Shown here one piece after another: positions 18,913-27,781 of a DNA stretch of 64,000 nucleotides. How positions within the stretch are numbered: the stretch's first letter is position 1; every line of letters begins with the position of its first letter. The DNA comes from Candidatus Latescibacterota bacterium (GTDB lineage Bacteria; Latescibacterota; UBA2968; GCA-2709665), in contig OZ252100.1 of assembly GCA_965248435.1 (NCBI GenBank), positions 2,560,001-2,624,000 on the forward strand, written 5' to 3'. Made by a program: the position numbers and the translations under genes. Under the pieces are notes generated by a model. That model made no database searches and was not told the origin of the DNA. It saw only the letters and a list, made by a program, of their open reading frames with translations.

Positions 18913-20505
18913 CTACCTAAATCGAAAACCGTAGAGGTCCGCGTCCTGTACCGAGATGTAGAGGCGCACCGTCTTGCCTCGCAGCGACTCGAATTCGGAA
19001 TCCTTGAACTTCACATCGTACTCGATGCTGTTCGCGTGCACCGGCTCGCAATCGTCGAAATGGAATCCCTCTTCCAGGTGCGTCTGGCCCCACCGGTCCT
19101 CGACCATCCAGTGCGGGAGCTTTGCTTTGAACTTCCACGCGCCATCCCTGTGCTCGATCACCTTGTCGATCCCGACGGCCACCTTCACCTCGCCGCGGCT
19201 GGCATCCACGTTCAGTTGCAGCGTCTTCCCCGTCACTTCGATCGGTTGCGTGATGAGGATCTGATGCCGGTTGCCTGCCGTGAGGCTGGCGTAGCGATTG
19301 TGCTTCTGCACGTACAACGCCCCTTGTATCACTGTGATACGATCGCGATAGTAGCGCCTCGCCGACAGGTGGTCTCCGTTGTAGGCGGAGCAGTAGAACC
19401 AGTCCTCATCTCCCATACGCAGCGGCGGACAGTCCAGCCTGACGTAGCGATCGTAGCTATCCTCCTCTGTGCCGTGGGGGATCCAGGCCTCGCGGCTGAC
19501 GGTCCGGTCCCACGTGCGGCCCCCGTCCCAACTCGTGACGATCCGGACGTCCTGCGGGCCCTTGCCCGTGTTCGTACCGATGAGCCCGCAATCTTGATTG
19601 CTCGGGTGCGTGTCATCGCCGTGGAACCAGAGGGCGAAGCCCACGACGAATCCTTCGATGTGGATGGCCATGAGCCCGTAGACTTCGTCGAATGACCGTG
19701 GGTCTGTGGAATCGTGTGCGTCCGGATACAGGAAATGCTCCAGCGTCCAGTTCTGAAGATCCGGGGACGCGTAGCGTCCGGCGCAGCGAACGGGCGGATG
19801 GTTTGGGGCCTGGCGCATCGCCACCCACTCCTCGTGAAGGTCGTCCCAGAATTCCAGGGTGTTGTAGTGGCTGGGTTGGAAGCCGCCGGAGTCCACCAGT
19901 TTCTCCCGCCAGTCCGGATCGTTCATGAAATCCGGCGGCTCGCTGGCAAAACAGACCGGCGCGGGGTTCCCACGGTAGTGGAGCGTAAAGCGCTTGGCCG
20001 GGTCGCGAACATTGCCGTAGAGCCTCAGATCCCGCGGCTGGTTGCATGGCACGAGGTTGTTCAGGTTCGACTTGCCCCTACCGAATCGATAAGGAGGGCA
20101 CGTGTCACCGTCGATCTCCGACGGGCCCTCGACGAGTTTCAAAACAGGTTTCTCCCAGTGGACGCCATCCTCGCTCACAGCGTACGCGGTATGGTTCCTG
20201 AAGTCCGGGTGCTCGTACCTCGGGGGACCCTGCGCTGCCGGCTCTGTAATCCACCAGTGCGCCCGGTAATAACACTCCAGCATGCCATCCTTGCGCCGGC
20301 CGACGTAGACCGGCGTGTTCCCCTCAGTCTCCCACGGCTTGTCGGCCCGCAACACCACGCCGCGGGGCTGGGGGGGATGGACCACCCGTCGAAAGCCCGT
20401 GCTGCGGGTGATGCTGTGATCATCCAGGAACAAATGCCAGTAAGGTTCCCGCGGCTCGGTCTGGTTTGGCACCGGCGAAATCGGCGCCCCATCGGTCACT
20501 TTCAT
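18913..20505 (-). CDS. Uncharacterised beta-propeller glycoside-hydrolase-like protein
   Basis: LFLDD, YAVSEDGVHWEKP, SPDLQNW, SWDGGRTW Asp-box-like repeats, C-terminal ADLYGFRF. Confidence 0.65.
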   Translation of the reverse strand: MKVTDGAPISPVPNQTEPREPYWHLFLDDHSITRSTGFRRVVHPPQPRGVVLRADKPWETEGNTPVYVGRRKDGMLECYYRAHWWITEPAAQGPPRYEHPDFRNHTAYAVSEDGVHWEKPVLKLVEGPSEIDGDTCPPYRFGRGKSNLNNLVPCNQPRDLRLYGNVRDPAKRFTLHYRGNPAPVCFASEPPDFMNDPDWREKLVDSGGFQPSHYNTLEFWDDLHEEWVAMRQAPNHPPVRCAGRYASPDLQNWTLEHFLYPDAHDSTDPRSFDEVYGLMAIHIEGFVVGFALWFHGDDTHPSNQDCGLIGTNTGKGPQDVRIVTSWDGGRTWDRTVSREAWIPHGTEEDSYDRYVRLDCPPLRMGDEDWFYCSAYNGDHLSARRYYRDRITVIQGALYVQKHNRYASLTAGNRHQILITQPIEVTGKTLQLNVDASRGEVKVAVGIDKVIEHRDGAWKFKAKLPHWMVEDRWGQTHLEEGFHFDDCEPVHANSIEYDVKFKDSEFESLRGKTVRLYISVQDADLYGFRFR

Positions 20506-20569
20506 GATTCCTCCTCATACCGGATGATAATCTTCCCCGATTCGGCCAGATTCCCGAACGCGCCTCCGT

Positions 20570-20750
20570 TCACCGCCGCTGCCAGCGCGGCGCCATAGCG
20601 AGCTCTCGCTCAGCCCGTGGGGTCACCTCGCAGTCGTTCGGAGCGGAATGAGAGGCCACGACTTCGCCCGTCGACACATCCACTACAACGGCGGTGGTCG
20701 TCGTTCTACCTACGTCGAGTCCCAGGAACTTTGGCGTTGGACTCAATATA
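20570..20750 (-). pseudogene. N-terminal fragment of an FGGY-family carbohydrate kinase
   Basis: FLGLDVGRTTTTAVVVD..GEVVASHS then loss of frame. Confidence 0.6.
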
Positions 20751-20774
20751 GCAAGCAATCCAGGCACAGAAAAA

Positions 20775-20855
20775 GGCTTACGCGATCGCCAGCGCAAGCC
20801 CTTTGATTTGGTCTATCGAGGCGGCGTAATTAGAACCACGCTGCCCCTGCACTCC
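20775..20855 (-). other. att-family palindrome plus decayed tRNA-Pro 3' fragment
   Basis: GGCTTAC-N12-GCAAGCC, then TTTGGTC..GAGGCGGCG..GAACCACG..CCCCTGC..CTCC resembling 34817-34859. Confidence 0.65.
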
Positions 20856-20887
20856 AATCCAGAGGTGCCGACCTACACCCTACTCCT

Positions 20888-21479
20888 CTAATCTATCTGA
20901 CCTGACGCAAACGCATACGAAGCCTGCACGATCCTCCAGATAACCCCCAATTCGGTCGCGTCCCTGGGTCCAAAAACCAGAACATAGGTCGAGCCGGGGC
21001 CTGCGATCTGCTGGGTGTTTGCGTGAGGCTCGCCCCAGCGTTTCCCGATTACGACGTCTGCATAGGCAGCCGGGAGAAACAGGTGCAGGCTTCCGTCTTC
21101 CGGCCGATGCGAATGTCCAAATTCTCCGATCTGGTTTATCGCCCGGGGCGGCCCCGTTCTCGCCACGTCGGGGTCGATAAACCATCCTTCGGAGCCAGCC
21201 AGCGACGTACCTGTAGACGCAATCGTAATTCCGGGCAGTCCACGGATAGAGTCCTTGAGCGCGTTCTGCAGCGAAACCGGCGCGTTCTGATCGAGCTGCT
21301 GGTGAGGAACGGGCCTCGAGGTCGTCGGCAGGAGTCCCTGCCTGATGGACAGGGCAAGAAAAGCTTCGTCTACTTCCGTTGCCTGGATGTCGGCCGTCGT
21401 CGCTGTGGGTGAATCATCGCCTGAACAGGCAGTCAGGACGATAAATCCGGCCAGAAGTCGTAGCATTCCGCGATTCACG
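20888..21479 (-). CDS. Putative lipoprotein with DUF5519/luciferase-like domain
   Basis: LTAC lipobox; EFGHSH..DGSLHLFL, WGEPH, FGPRD..EL motifs; start approximate. Confidence 0.7.
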
Positions 21480-21620
21480 TCATTCTCCCCCTTAGTAGGT
21501 CTGTAGGTATGAGCCCGCCGAAGCGATATCCGACAGAAAAATAGCAAATTCGAGGATCGAAGGGAAGAGATCGGTCTGAACTTTCAGCGAAGGCCATCAG
21601 GGCCGCGGTGTGCGACTCCC

Positions 21621-21893
21621 TTGCAACTTGCCGCTTTCCTCCTCCCAGGGGTGGGGGCAACCTTCAAGGAAGCAGATCTCTCCGAGGCAAGTCTGTCAGA
21701 AGCGGAGATGACTCGCGCCTATCTTTTGGACGCCGTCACGAAGGACGTGGATCTATCCGGCGCGGATCTCGAACGCGTCGAAGCTCTTGTCCTTCAGCAA
21801 CTGTTTGAAGCGCGGTCACTCAAAGGCGCTTCAGGACTGGATCCCAGGCTTATGGACGAGATTCGACAACGCCGCCCCGATCTGCTCAGGTAA
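21621..21893 (+). pseudogene. Pentapeptide-repeat protein fragment
   Basis: ATFKEADLSEASLSEAEMTRAYL..VDLSGADL; no credible start. Confidence 0.6.
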
Positions 21894-21935
21894 GCCAGCC
21901 GCCGTGGTTTCAAGACTGGGTCTCTAACCAGGGAG

Positions 21936-21967
21936 AAGCCAACATTAAAGAATATTAATGTTGGCTT
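21936..21967. promoter_or_regulatory. Perfect inverted repeat, candidate operator
   Basis: AAGCCAACATTAA-agaata-TTAATGTTGGCTT in an AT-rich region upstream of the PepSY gene. Confidence 0.6.
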
Positions 21968-22043
21968 AACGTTGTTTTAATCTTCCACTGTGATATTTAA
22001 GAGCAATCTTCTATCCTTAGCTACCTCATTCCTGGAGGTTGAT

Positions 22044-22373
22044 ATGTTCCGGAAAGTCAAGGACGGTGCAGCTATAGCAACGGTGATTGCTCTTGCCGGA
22101 CTGTTTACTGCGTGCGGTCAATCGCCAACCAGTTCATTGGTTGCGGGAAAACAGGCGGGGGGCATCACTGCGGATGAGGCCAAAGCGATCGCGGCTGAAC
22201 ACGCGGGAGGAACGGCACTCGCGGTTAATCAGGAGGATGAAGACGGGACGCCGGTGTTCGAGGTTAAGGTTCTCGTTCACATTCCCAACGTGATCCACGT
22301 CCTCAAGGAAGTAGAGGTCAGAATTTCGGACGGCGTCGTCCTGGAAATGGAGGATGCCGACCACGACGACTAG
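22044..22373 (+). CDS. PepSY-domain lipoprotein
   Basis: FTAC lipobox; ITADEAKAIA...FEVKV..EVEVRISDGVVL; GGAGG RBS. Confidence 0.8.
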   Translation: MFRKVKDGAAIATVIALAGLFTACGQSPTSSLVAGKQAGGITADEAKAIAAEHAGGTALAVNQEDEDGTPVFEVKVLVHIPNVIHVLKEVEVRISDGVVLEMEDADHDD

Positions 22374-22399
22374 TCCGTAAGGCCGTGGCTGAATACCTG

Positions 22400-22430
22400 A
22401 GCGCCAGACTCGCGAGTCTGGCGCTTTTTT
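22400..22430 (+). terminator. Intrinsic terminator
   Basis: AGCGCCAGACT-cgcg-AGTCTGGCGCT followed by a T run. Confidence 0.8.
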
Positions 22431-22467
22431 GTGTAACGATTTTGTTTTGTCGGGACGGCGAATTTGG

Positions 22468-23073
22468 TCAGCGTAGGCGAAGCACCAGCACCCAGGCAAT
22501 GAAATCGGTCTTATCAGTTTCTCCGAAGCGTGTCCGGCTTACGGAATGGACCTCGAAGCGTGGCTCGCACGCGCCCACAAGCTCGGCGAAAGTGAGCCGA
22601 GGATAACCCCGGGGGTCTGGGCCGCCGTCCGGGTCGCGATTGTCTGCGCTCGCTGTGATGTCCAGCCACCAGCCCCTTGGCGAGAGCGAGGATGCAACGC
22701 GCTCCGCGAACTTGGTGCGCTCCGATTCGTCTTTGGCGTTGGCGAGCACGCTTCGGTCCAGCGCGAGATCGTAAGGGCCCCCCGGATCGTCGCGAAGGAA
22801 GTCCTCGACTGAGAACTCCGCATCCAGGCCGCGGCGGGCCGCTTCAGCACGCGCGGTTTCAACCGCTGTCTCCACGATATCGATCCCTCGAACATTGAAG
22901 CCGGCCTCCGCGAGATAAAGCGCCTGCGTACCCACGCCGCAGCCCACGTCCAGGACGCGCCCACCGTTGGGCAGCAGGTCCCTCACGATTCCCTCGAGCG
23001 GCGCCCACGGCTTTCCCTCCTCCCACGGTGTGTCGCCCTGTCGGTACAACTCGTGCCAGTCGCGCGAACTCAT
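22468..23073 (-). CDS. Class I SAM-dependent methyltransferase (TPMT-like)
   Basis: WHELY..GDTPW, VLDVGCGVG, YDLALDRS. Confidence 0.88.
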   Translation of the reverse strand: MSSRDWHELYRQGDTPWEEGKPWAPLEGIVRDLLPNGGRVLDVGCGVGTQALYLAEAGFNVRGIDIVETAVETARAEAARRGLDAEFSVEDFLRDDPGGPYDLALDRSVLANAKDESERTKFAERVASSLSPRGWWLDITASADNRDPDGGPDPRGYPRLTFAELVGACEPRFEVHSVSRTRFGETDKTDFIAWVLVLRLR

Positions 23074-23085
23074 AGAGATACCTGC

Positions 23086-23409
23086 CTACGACCCGAGAAT
23101 AGACACATTCTGTGCGCCTTTGGCGTAGATAAGGACCGCGGAAGACCCCCTTATGGCCTCAGCAAGGTGGGGCACGTCGTCGTAGTCGGTCCTGTCGGTG
23201 CTGCCCCACAGCGTGGCGCCGGCTTCCAGCTGCAGCGTAACGTGGTCTTTGAGGCGAATCGTCCCCGTGAGATAATCTCCCGAAGGCACCACGACCGTAC
23301 CCCCGCCCGCCTGATGGCAGTCGTCGACGGCCTGTTGGATGGCGCTCTTATCGTTGGCCTGCTTGTCCCCTTTCGCACCGTAACTTCGAACGCTCCAACC
23401 AGTCTCCAA
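23086..23409 (-). pseudogene. Truncated GH28/pectate lyase 3 family N-terminus
   Basis: YGAKGD..AIQQAVD..GGGTVVVPSGDYLTGTIRLK; stops after ~105 aa. Confidence 0.8.
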
Positions 23410-23459
23410 TGCTCGCTCCTTTTCTTATGCATTCATTCGCAGCATCTTCCAAAAATCAT

Positions 23460-24521
23460 TCATCTGCCAAGTTGCTCGAGCATCCACGGAATAGACTTCC
23501 TGCCATTGAACATGTGTCCCCCCTTGTAGCGATGAAGTCGCAAACGTTTTTCGACACCCAGAAAGCCATATGCCTTTTTCGTCAATGAATAGGCCGGCTC
23601 GTGTGGGTAGCGCGCATCGCTCACTCCGGATTCCACGAACTGAGGGCGGGGCGCAATGAGTGCGGAAAGATCGGGAAGATCACAGACGAGGCCGATACCA
23701 AAGGGATGATGACAAATACAATGGCCGTGCCACGCAGTCTGAAGGAAAGTCGTGAAGAAGCCGCTGAGGATAACCGCCTTGATTCGCCTGTCGAGAGCCG
23801 TGAGAACCTGAGACAGCCAGCACCCGCCAGATAACCCCGCACAACCGATGCGCCCTGCATCGACTTCGGGACGTTGGGCCAGAAGATTGATGCCTGCCAT
23901 CAGCTCAAACACGCGGAAACCGGTCAAGTCAAGTCCCATCTGATTCAACCTCGCCCACGTCAGGAAACACCCTGAGACGGGTAGATGTCCTTTCTGATTC
24001 TTTCCGAGACCGCGTTCACCCATCCCCGCATTGTCCGGTGCGAGAGCAACCAGACCGCGCCTGGCGAATTCATGCGCATAGGCCACACCCTTCGGGCGGG
24101 CTATGCCCACCACATTCTCTTTGGCGCCTTCAACGTGGCCGTGAGGACAGATCACAGCAGGTCCTTGCTCCCTGCCATCGGGGATCAGCAGATATGCGCT
24201 CACCCAATCGCCCGGCAAGACCTCGTAGGCCAGCTTCTCGCGCCGATAGCCTTCGCATTGCACGGTTTCCAGCACAAGCGATGTTGGCGTTGGTACGGTG
24301 CCGAGGCGATCCAGGCATAGCGTCCTGCGCAAGGCGCGACGCAGCTTCCTGCGCCAGCGTTGCCATTGACCCGCATCTGAAGTCTCCGGATAGGCGAGTT
24401 TCCGATCAAACCTGAAGAATCTCTGGTTCAGATATGATGGTGTACTGGGATCTTCCGGACCCGTTGACCGTTCGGGATCGACCAGTCTCGAACCTGTTTG
24501 CGTTACTCTCCGAATAATCAC
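23460..24521 (-). CDS. Dienelactone hydrolase-like alpha/beta hydrolase
   Basis: AVICPHGH, RIGCAGLSGG nucleophile elbow, LIAPRP, GGH. Confidence 0.85.
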   Translation of the reverse strand: MIIRRVTQTGSRLVDPERSTGPEDPSTPSYLNQRFFRFDRKLAYPETSDAGQWQRWRRKLRRALRRTLCLDRLGTVPTPTSLVLETVQCEGYRREKLAYEVLPGDWVSAYLLIPDGREQGPAVICPHGHVEGAKENVVGIARPKGVAYAHEFARRGLVALAPDNAGMGERGLGKNQKGHLPVSGCFLTWARLNQMGLDLTGFRVFELMAGINLLAQRPEVDAGRIGCAGLSGGCWLSQVLTALDRRIKAVILSGFFTTFLQTAWHGHCICHHPFGIGLVCDLPDLSALIAPRPQFVESGVSDARYPHEPAYSLTKKAYGFLGVEKRLRLHRYKGGHMFNGRKSIPWMLEQLGR

Positions 24522-24527
24522 CCCTAT

Positions 24528-24625
24528 AGCCCGGTGAACTGTGTGGGCGGAACCTATTGTACTGCCGTCGCCACACCTCGGTCAACACCTTTGCCTCCGC
24601 AGCGTCGTGAAGAATTCACCGTCAC
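24528..24625 (-). mobile_element. IS3-family transposase C-terminal remnant
   Basis: EFFTTLREAKVLTEVWRRQYNRFRPHSSPGYR integrase-core tail. Confidence 0.75.
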
Positions 24626-24679
24626 TGATAAATAGGCAGAAAGTAGGTTCTTGTTAGCACGCGGCTAGCAATCACGAAA

Positions 24680-24712
24680 CAACGGGTTACAGCAATTGCC
24701 TGTAACCCGTTG
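24680..24712. repeat. 13-bp-arm palindrome adjacent to the att duplication
   Basis: CAACGGGTTACAG-caattgc-CTGTAACCCGTTG. Confidence 0.8.
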
Positions 24713-24717
24713 TCATT

Positions 24718-24760
24718 TTTGGTCGGGGCGGCGGGATTTGAACCCACGACCCCCTGCTCC
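24718..24760 (-). repeat. att direct repeat: 43-bp exact copy of the tRNA-Pro 3' half
   Basis: Identical to 34817-34859. Confidence 0.95.
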
Positions 24761-24771
24761 TAAATAGGAGG

Positions 24772-25431
24772 TCAGTTTGCCAAAAGGCTCCTAAACTCAG
24801 ATGGGCTGGCAGACTGCCTCACCCTGAGCCACTCAAGACTTGGCAGGGACAGATCGATATGACATAGCCTACTTCGCCGCAAGGGGCGAAACCAGAACGC
24901 GATTGTAGGCTGCACTGGTGGCAATAGAACGCCATCCCCTTGGGTCAAACTTCGCACGAGCATGCCCATCGGATAACGAAACCGGCCTACCATCCACCGG
25001 CAAATCGGGTTGGCAGCTTTCAGATGCGCCACTTCGTATCGCACCAGATCCACGACCCACGGCGGCTCAATACCCTCTCCAAGAACGACGTGTTTAACAA
25101 AGGCACAGAAAGCAAAAGCATCCTCTTGGTGTTTCTTCATCCCCTTCGGAACATAGGTAACGGCATATCGCCAGAAAAGCTTTACAAACCCCTCACCCAA
25201 CACGCGATGCGTGAGCGGCAGCAGTTTACAGACTTCGTTCAGCCGTTTCCGCCGCAGGGAATTAGCGAAGAAATTGACCTGCGGCGCGGCCAGTTGAGCA
25301 AGCTGCTGTTCCTCATCAGAACTCAGTTCTAAAGCGCGGCCTACCGCTTGAGGATCGGCAAAGAAACGATCTCGAAAGGAAGCATCCGTATAAAGCTTGG
25401 TCATGACTCGCTGTATCTGCGCTAACCCCAT
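24772..25431 (-). CDS. DUF692-partner protein (DUF2063/SCO6045-like)
   Basis: LYTDASFRDRF..FANSLRRKR..LLPLT..DLVRYE; overlaps the restored DUF692 stop. Confidence 0.65.
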   Translation of the reverse strand: MGLAQIQRVMTKLYTDASFRDRFFADPQAVGRALELSSDEEQQLAQLAAPQVNFFANSLRRKRLNEVCKLLPLTHRVLGEGFVKLFWRYAVTYVPKGMKKHQEDAFAFCAFVKHVVLGEGIEPPWVVDLVRYEVAHLKAANPICRWMVGRFRYPMGMLVRSLTQGDGVLLPPVQPTIAFWFRPLRRSRLCHIDLSLPSLEWLRVRQSASPSEFRSLLAN

Positions 25432-26263
25432 CGTTCGTGCGCCTTCCCTATGCAGCGCGCCATTTCCAATTCCTTCAGCAATTCTTCAAACGGCGGCAGG
25501 TTCTCATCCCGCTCCAGCACGACCCCTTTCACAGGCGTGGTGGCAACGACCGCATCCATCAGTGTCCACGCCTCGGACGGTGCCGCTGCGAATGGCTATC
25601 AACGAGCACACCTTCATGCCAATGCCCTCCTGCGAAATGAAGCTGCACGATGCGCTCCAATGGCAATTGCTCCAGAAAGATAGAAGGGTCATAGCCGTGG
25701 TTGACAGCGTTGGTGTGCAGGTTCGTGACGTCTAACAACAGGCCGCAATCTGTCTGCTGCAGCACTTCATTCAAAAACTGCGATTCGCTCATCTCTCCGC
25801 CAGGCATGTTCACCACGTAGGTGATATTCTCTAAAATCAGTGGTTTCTCAATCCGATTTCGCACTTGTGCGATGTTGCGACAGAGTACCTTAACCGCCTC
25901 GCGCGTAAAAGGAAGCTGAGAGAGATGCCCGATGTCGATCCCGCCTGCCCTGGTAAAGGCGATGTGTTCGCTCCACCAAGGGGGGTTTAGACGCCGAACA
26001 AGCCCCGCCAGCTTGTCCAGGTATTCGTTATCTACTCCCTCGGCGCTTCCCAGGGATAGATTAATGGAGTGTGGAATGAGAGTGAAATGCTCTGCGAGCA
26101 AATCCAGCTCTTGCTCTTTCTCAGGCGGTGCGTCGATGTAGTGATCAGCCGTAATTTCGAGAAAATCAACCTCCGGCCGGTGTAAAAAAAGGTCGCTTCG
26201 GAACGGTTCCCTAAATCCCAGCCCTACACCTAGTGTCGGCAGATGTGAAAGTAGATCTTTCAT
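25422..26263 (-). pseudogene. DUF692 multinuclear non-heme iron oxidase (MNIO), frameshifted near 25585
   Basis: GVGLGFR, DFLEITADHY, WSEHIAF, ILENI, LLLDVTNL, QLHFAGG, VDSHS; C-terminus (AWTLM..VVLERDENLPPFEELLKEL..*) continues in a shifted frame. Confidence 0.88.
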
Positions 26264-26267
26264 GTTC

Positions 26268-27149
26268 TCACCCTCCTCCACAGCCGCCACAGCCGCCTCC
26301 ACACGATCCTTCACTCCCTGTGGACTTGTGAAACATTCTTTGGTAGTACTCGTAGGGAGTTCCAGCAAGCACTCCGACGCCGAAGAGCCCTAGAGTCAGC
26401 AACAGGGTCGGACCCGCTGCAGTTTTGGTGGCCGCAAGAGCCCTCTCTTTCAGCCCTTCGAACGCCAACTGGAGCTTTTGCAAATAAGCCCGTCCTCTAC
26501 TGCTGAGACGGGGCGTCTCGCAGATACTGAACAGAATTCCAAGCGAAAAAAGACCCAAAAGGACGAGGCCTAATTTGGACTGACCCTTCATTAAAGCGAA
26601 TAACAGCTTGTATCCCCCCAGGCCCACGATGACGATCGCGCCTTTAAGCCTTATCTGCTGAGCCGCTTCCTGCACTTCGGCAGGCATCAGCAGTTGCTCC
26701 TCTTCAAGTCTCTGGTCGAAGGACGCGTAGTGATACTTGATTTCGGATGGCAGCTCTGATTGGAAAATCTCCTCCGAAGCAAGACGGTTGTGGAACCAAT
26801 CGAAAACTTCGCGCTCCATTTGAGACAGATGGCGAGTGTGAGGATGGTCTGGGACCTGTTCTATTCGCTCATTCGACTCCTCCGTCACACGTAGGTAGCC
26901 TCGTTGAAGCAGGTTGAAGATAGCGACTCGTGCCACCTCACTCTCTTCGCCACGCAAATAGGCAGTTTCGTAGGGATTCGGGGTCCTAGTGGGAACTTTC
27001 AGCGGAGGCAGCGACGCCGTTGGGTCAGACTGGCGTAACCTCCACCAACAGGCCGCCAGCGTGAAAACGATGACGATCGCGTAAAAGAAGAAAAAGTGAG
27101 GCCCATACATATCGGCAATAGGGTTTTGCATAAGCCAATCCACTATCAT
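26268..27149 (-). CDS. TIGR04222-domain membrane protein with Gly/Cys C-terminal tail
   Basis: NPIADMYGPHFFFFY, PYETAYLRG, three TM segments, ends GSEGSCGGGCGGCGG. Confidence 0.85.
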   Translation of the reverse strand: MIVDWLMQNPIADMYGPHFFFFYAIVIVFTLAACWWRLRQSDPTASLPPLKVPTRTPNPYETAYLRGEESEVARVAIFNLLQRGYLRVTEESNERIEQVPDHPHTRHLSQMEREVFDWFHNRLASEEIFQSELPSEIKYHYASFDQRLEEEQLLMPAEVQEAAQQIRLKGAIVIVGLGGYKLLFALMKGQSKLGLVLLGLFSLGILFSICETPRLSSRGRAYLQKLQLAFEGLKERALAATKTAAGPTLLLTLGLFGVGVLAGTPYEYYQRMFHKSTGSEGSCGGGCGGCGGG

Positions 27150-27262
27150 CACCTCCTAGAGCCGGTCAAAAATGCTGGCCGCTTGTCCAACTGTTGACAT
27201 TAAAGCATTGTAGTGAGCTCTGCAGCGTCAGGCGTGTGATCTCCTGACTTCAGGGTCTTGGA

Positions 27263-27781
27263 TTAACCCAGGGGCCATGGTAGTAGTATGATTCCTGCGG
27301 GCCAATCGAGTGAGAGAATGACCGAGATAAGAAGGATGAAGTTAAACCCCATCAGACCCGCGGCGGCGGCTAGTATCCAATCGGTTTTGACGACATAGCG
27401 GTAAAAAAGGGCAATGAAGATCGCTATGCTCAGGGGATAACCAACGAGCCATATTCCTAAGTAGAGGAGAGAACCATAAATACCCACCTCTCTCATGCGT
27501 ATGTTCCTTGTGTGTCCATCCTCCTCCGTCTTTCCTACATCGGAAACCTTTAATTCCGAATCTCCTCTGTCATCTACATTGGCCTCTTGTTTCACCCTAC
27601 TGAAAGACACTACCTCCAACCCAAGATGAACGCACGCTAGAAGGAGAAACGTAAGGCTTACAAACAAAGGGAAGATCTTTGCCAGATATGAATAGGAAAC
27701 GGCCTCCCCTGCCCCGTATCCAAACCCCAGCGCAACCAGCCCTGCAAAAAGGACCTTCATATTGAATATTTTAGTCTGCAA
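27263..27781 (-). CDS. tctB: Tripartite tricarboxylate transporter small membrane subunit
   Basis: Four TM segments, FP motif, position after tctA. Confidence 0.75.
   Translation of the reverse strand: MQTKIFNMKVLFAGLVALGFGYGAGEAVSYSYLAKIFPLFVSLTFLLLACVHLGLEVVSFSRVKQEANVDDRGDSELKVSDVGKTEEDGHTRNIRMREVGIYGSLLYLGIWLVGYPLSIAIFIALFYRYVVKTDWILAAAAGLMGFNFILLISVILSLDWPAGIILLPWPLG

Noticed and set aside
24718-24760. Second functional tRNA-Pro
   Set aside because: Only the 3' half is present; the D-arm and 5' acceptor strand are absent
25559-26368. DUF692 ORF as given in the track (269 aa)
   Set aside because: The N-terminal extension overlaps the upstream gene tail; the real start is 26263 and the C-terminus is frameshifted
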